Source: a virus
Lineage: Duplodnaviria; Caudoviricetes
Direction: 5' to 3' (one strand)
IMG/VR virus record: IMGVR_UViG_3300012348_000071
Location: 1 to 35,939 of that record
Length of the DNA: 35,939 nucleotides
Positions 35,257 to 35,939 of this stretch are shown one piece after another. Under the pieces are notes generated by a model. It saw nothing but the letters and a program-made list of their open reading frames with translations, ran no database searches and was not told the origin of the DNA. The position numbers were made by a program, and so were the translations under genes. Every line of letters starts with the position of its first letter. Position 1 is the first letter of the stretch.

Positions 35257-35939
35257 ACGATATTTGCTACAAAGGAACAAAATGAAATATCAAATCATAA
35301 ACGGAAATAATATAGATGTCTTGAAGACATTTCCCGATAACCACTTTGACAGTATTGTCACTGACCCACCATATGGCATAGACTTCTTAGGTAAGTCCTG
35401 GGACGCCAACACTGGAGCATTAGAAACATATCAAGAATGTTTGCGTGTGTTAAAACCTGGAGGACATATATTAGCCTTCTCCGCAGCCAGAACATATCAT
35501 CATCTTGCTATTACATTAGAACAAGCAGGCTTTGAGATCCGTGATCAAATAATGTGGATCTATTCAAGCGGCTTTCCTAAATCGCAGGATATTGGCCGTA
35601 GTATTCAGCGTAGTCTCGGCATTAAAGAAACTAAAACTAAAAAAGCATTAAATGGTTATGCTAAAGAACAAACTGCCCACGGTGCACAACGAGTAGGAGA
35701 TGTCACTAAAGATGATTATGAAAAAGAAATAACATCCACCATCTGCACTGATCCAGAAGCACAAAAGTGGGAAGGTTGGGGCACAGCACTAAAGCCAGCA
35801 CACGAACCCATAGCATTGGCCCGCAAACCTATTAAGTTAAGCATAGCAAAGAATTGTCAAAAGTATGGAGTTGGTGCATTGAACATTGATGCTACTCGTA
35901 TTCCTATGAGCGATGAAGATATAGAAAAAGATCGTATTT
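35257..35939. repeat. Terminal direct repeat / circular overlap, right copy (contains the 5' half of the methyltransferase gene again)
   Basis: Reads the same as bases 1-683. Confidence 0.97.

Noticed and set aside
35282-35939. Second, truncated methyltransferase as a pseudogene
   Set aside because: It lies wholly inside the terminal repeat and is the same locus read twice.

Overview
The window is an apparently complete ~35,256-bp tailed-phage genome: bases 35257-35939 repeat bases 1-683. It has a P22/SU10-like short-tailed virion module: terminase large subunit, portal, scaffold, DUF5309/SU10-type major capsid protein, adaptor, gp10-like tail hub, ejection proteins (one with a lysozyme-like domain) and two fibres. 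It also carries an orphan DNA methyltransferase, a Dps/ferritin-like gene, a GNAT-like gene (the only minus-strand gene), an AAA-type ATPase and an SF2 helicase-like protein. I recognise no DNA polymerase, primase, integrase, sigma factor, RNA polymerase or stand-alone endolysin. Four things stand out. (1) The capsid gene is split by a 267-nt ORF-less group I intron (19921-20187). (2) Two 64-bp, internally palindromic sites lie in inverted orientation on nearly opposite sides of the circle (15482-15545 and 33708-33771). (3) A T4-late-promoter-like motif, (ACG)CTAAATA/ATAAATA, precedes most late transcription units although no cognate sigma factor is recognisable, which suggests (inference) a capsid-encoding satellite or parasite of a large T4-like phage. 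(4) A candidate structured small RNA has its own promoter motif and terminator (about 31451-31587). All protein family calls come from motif recognition by eye, not from database searches.
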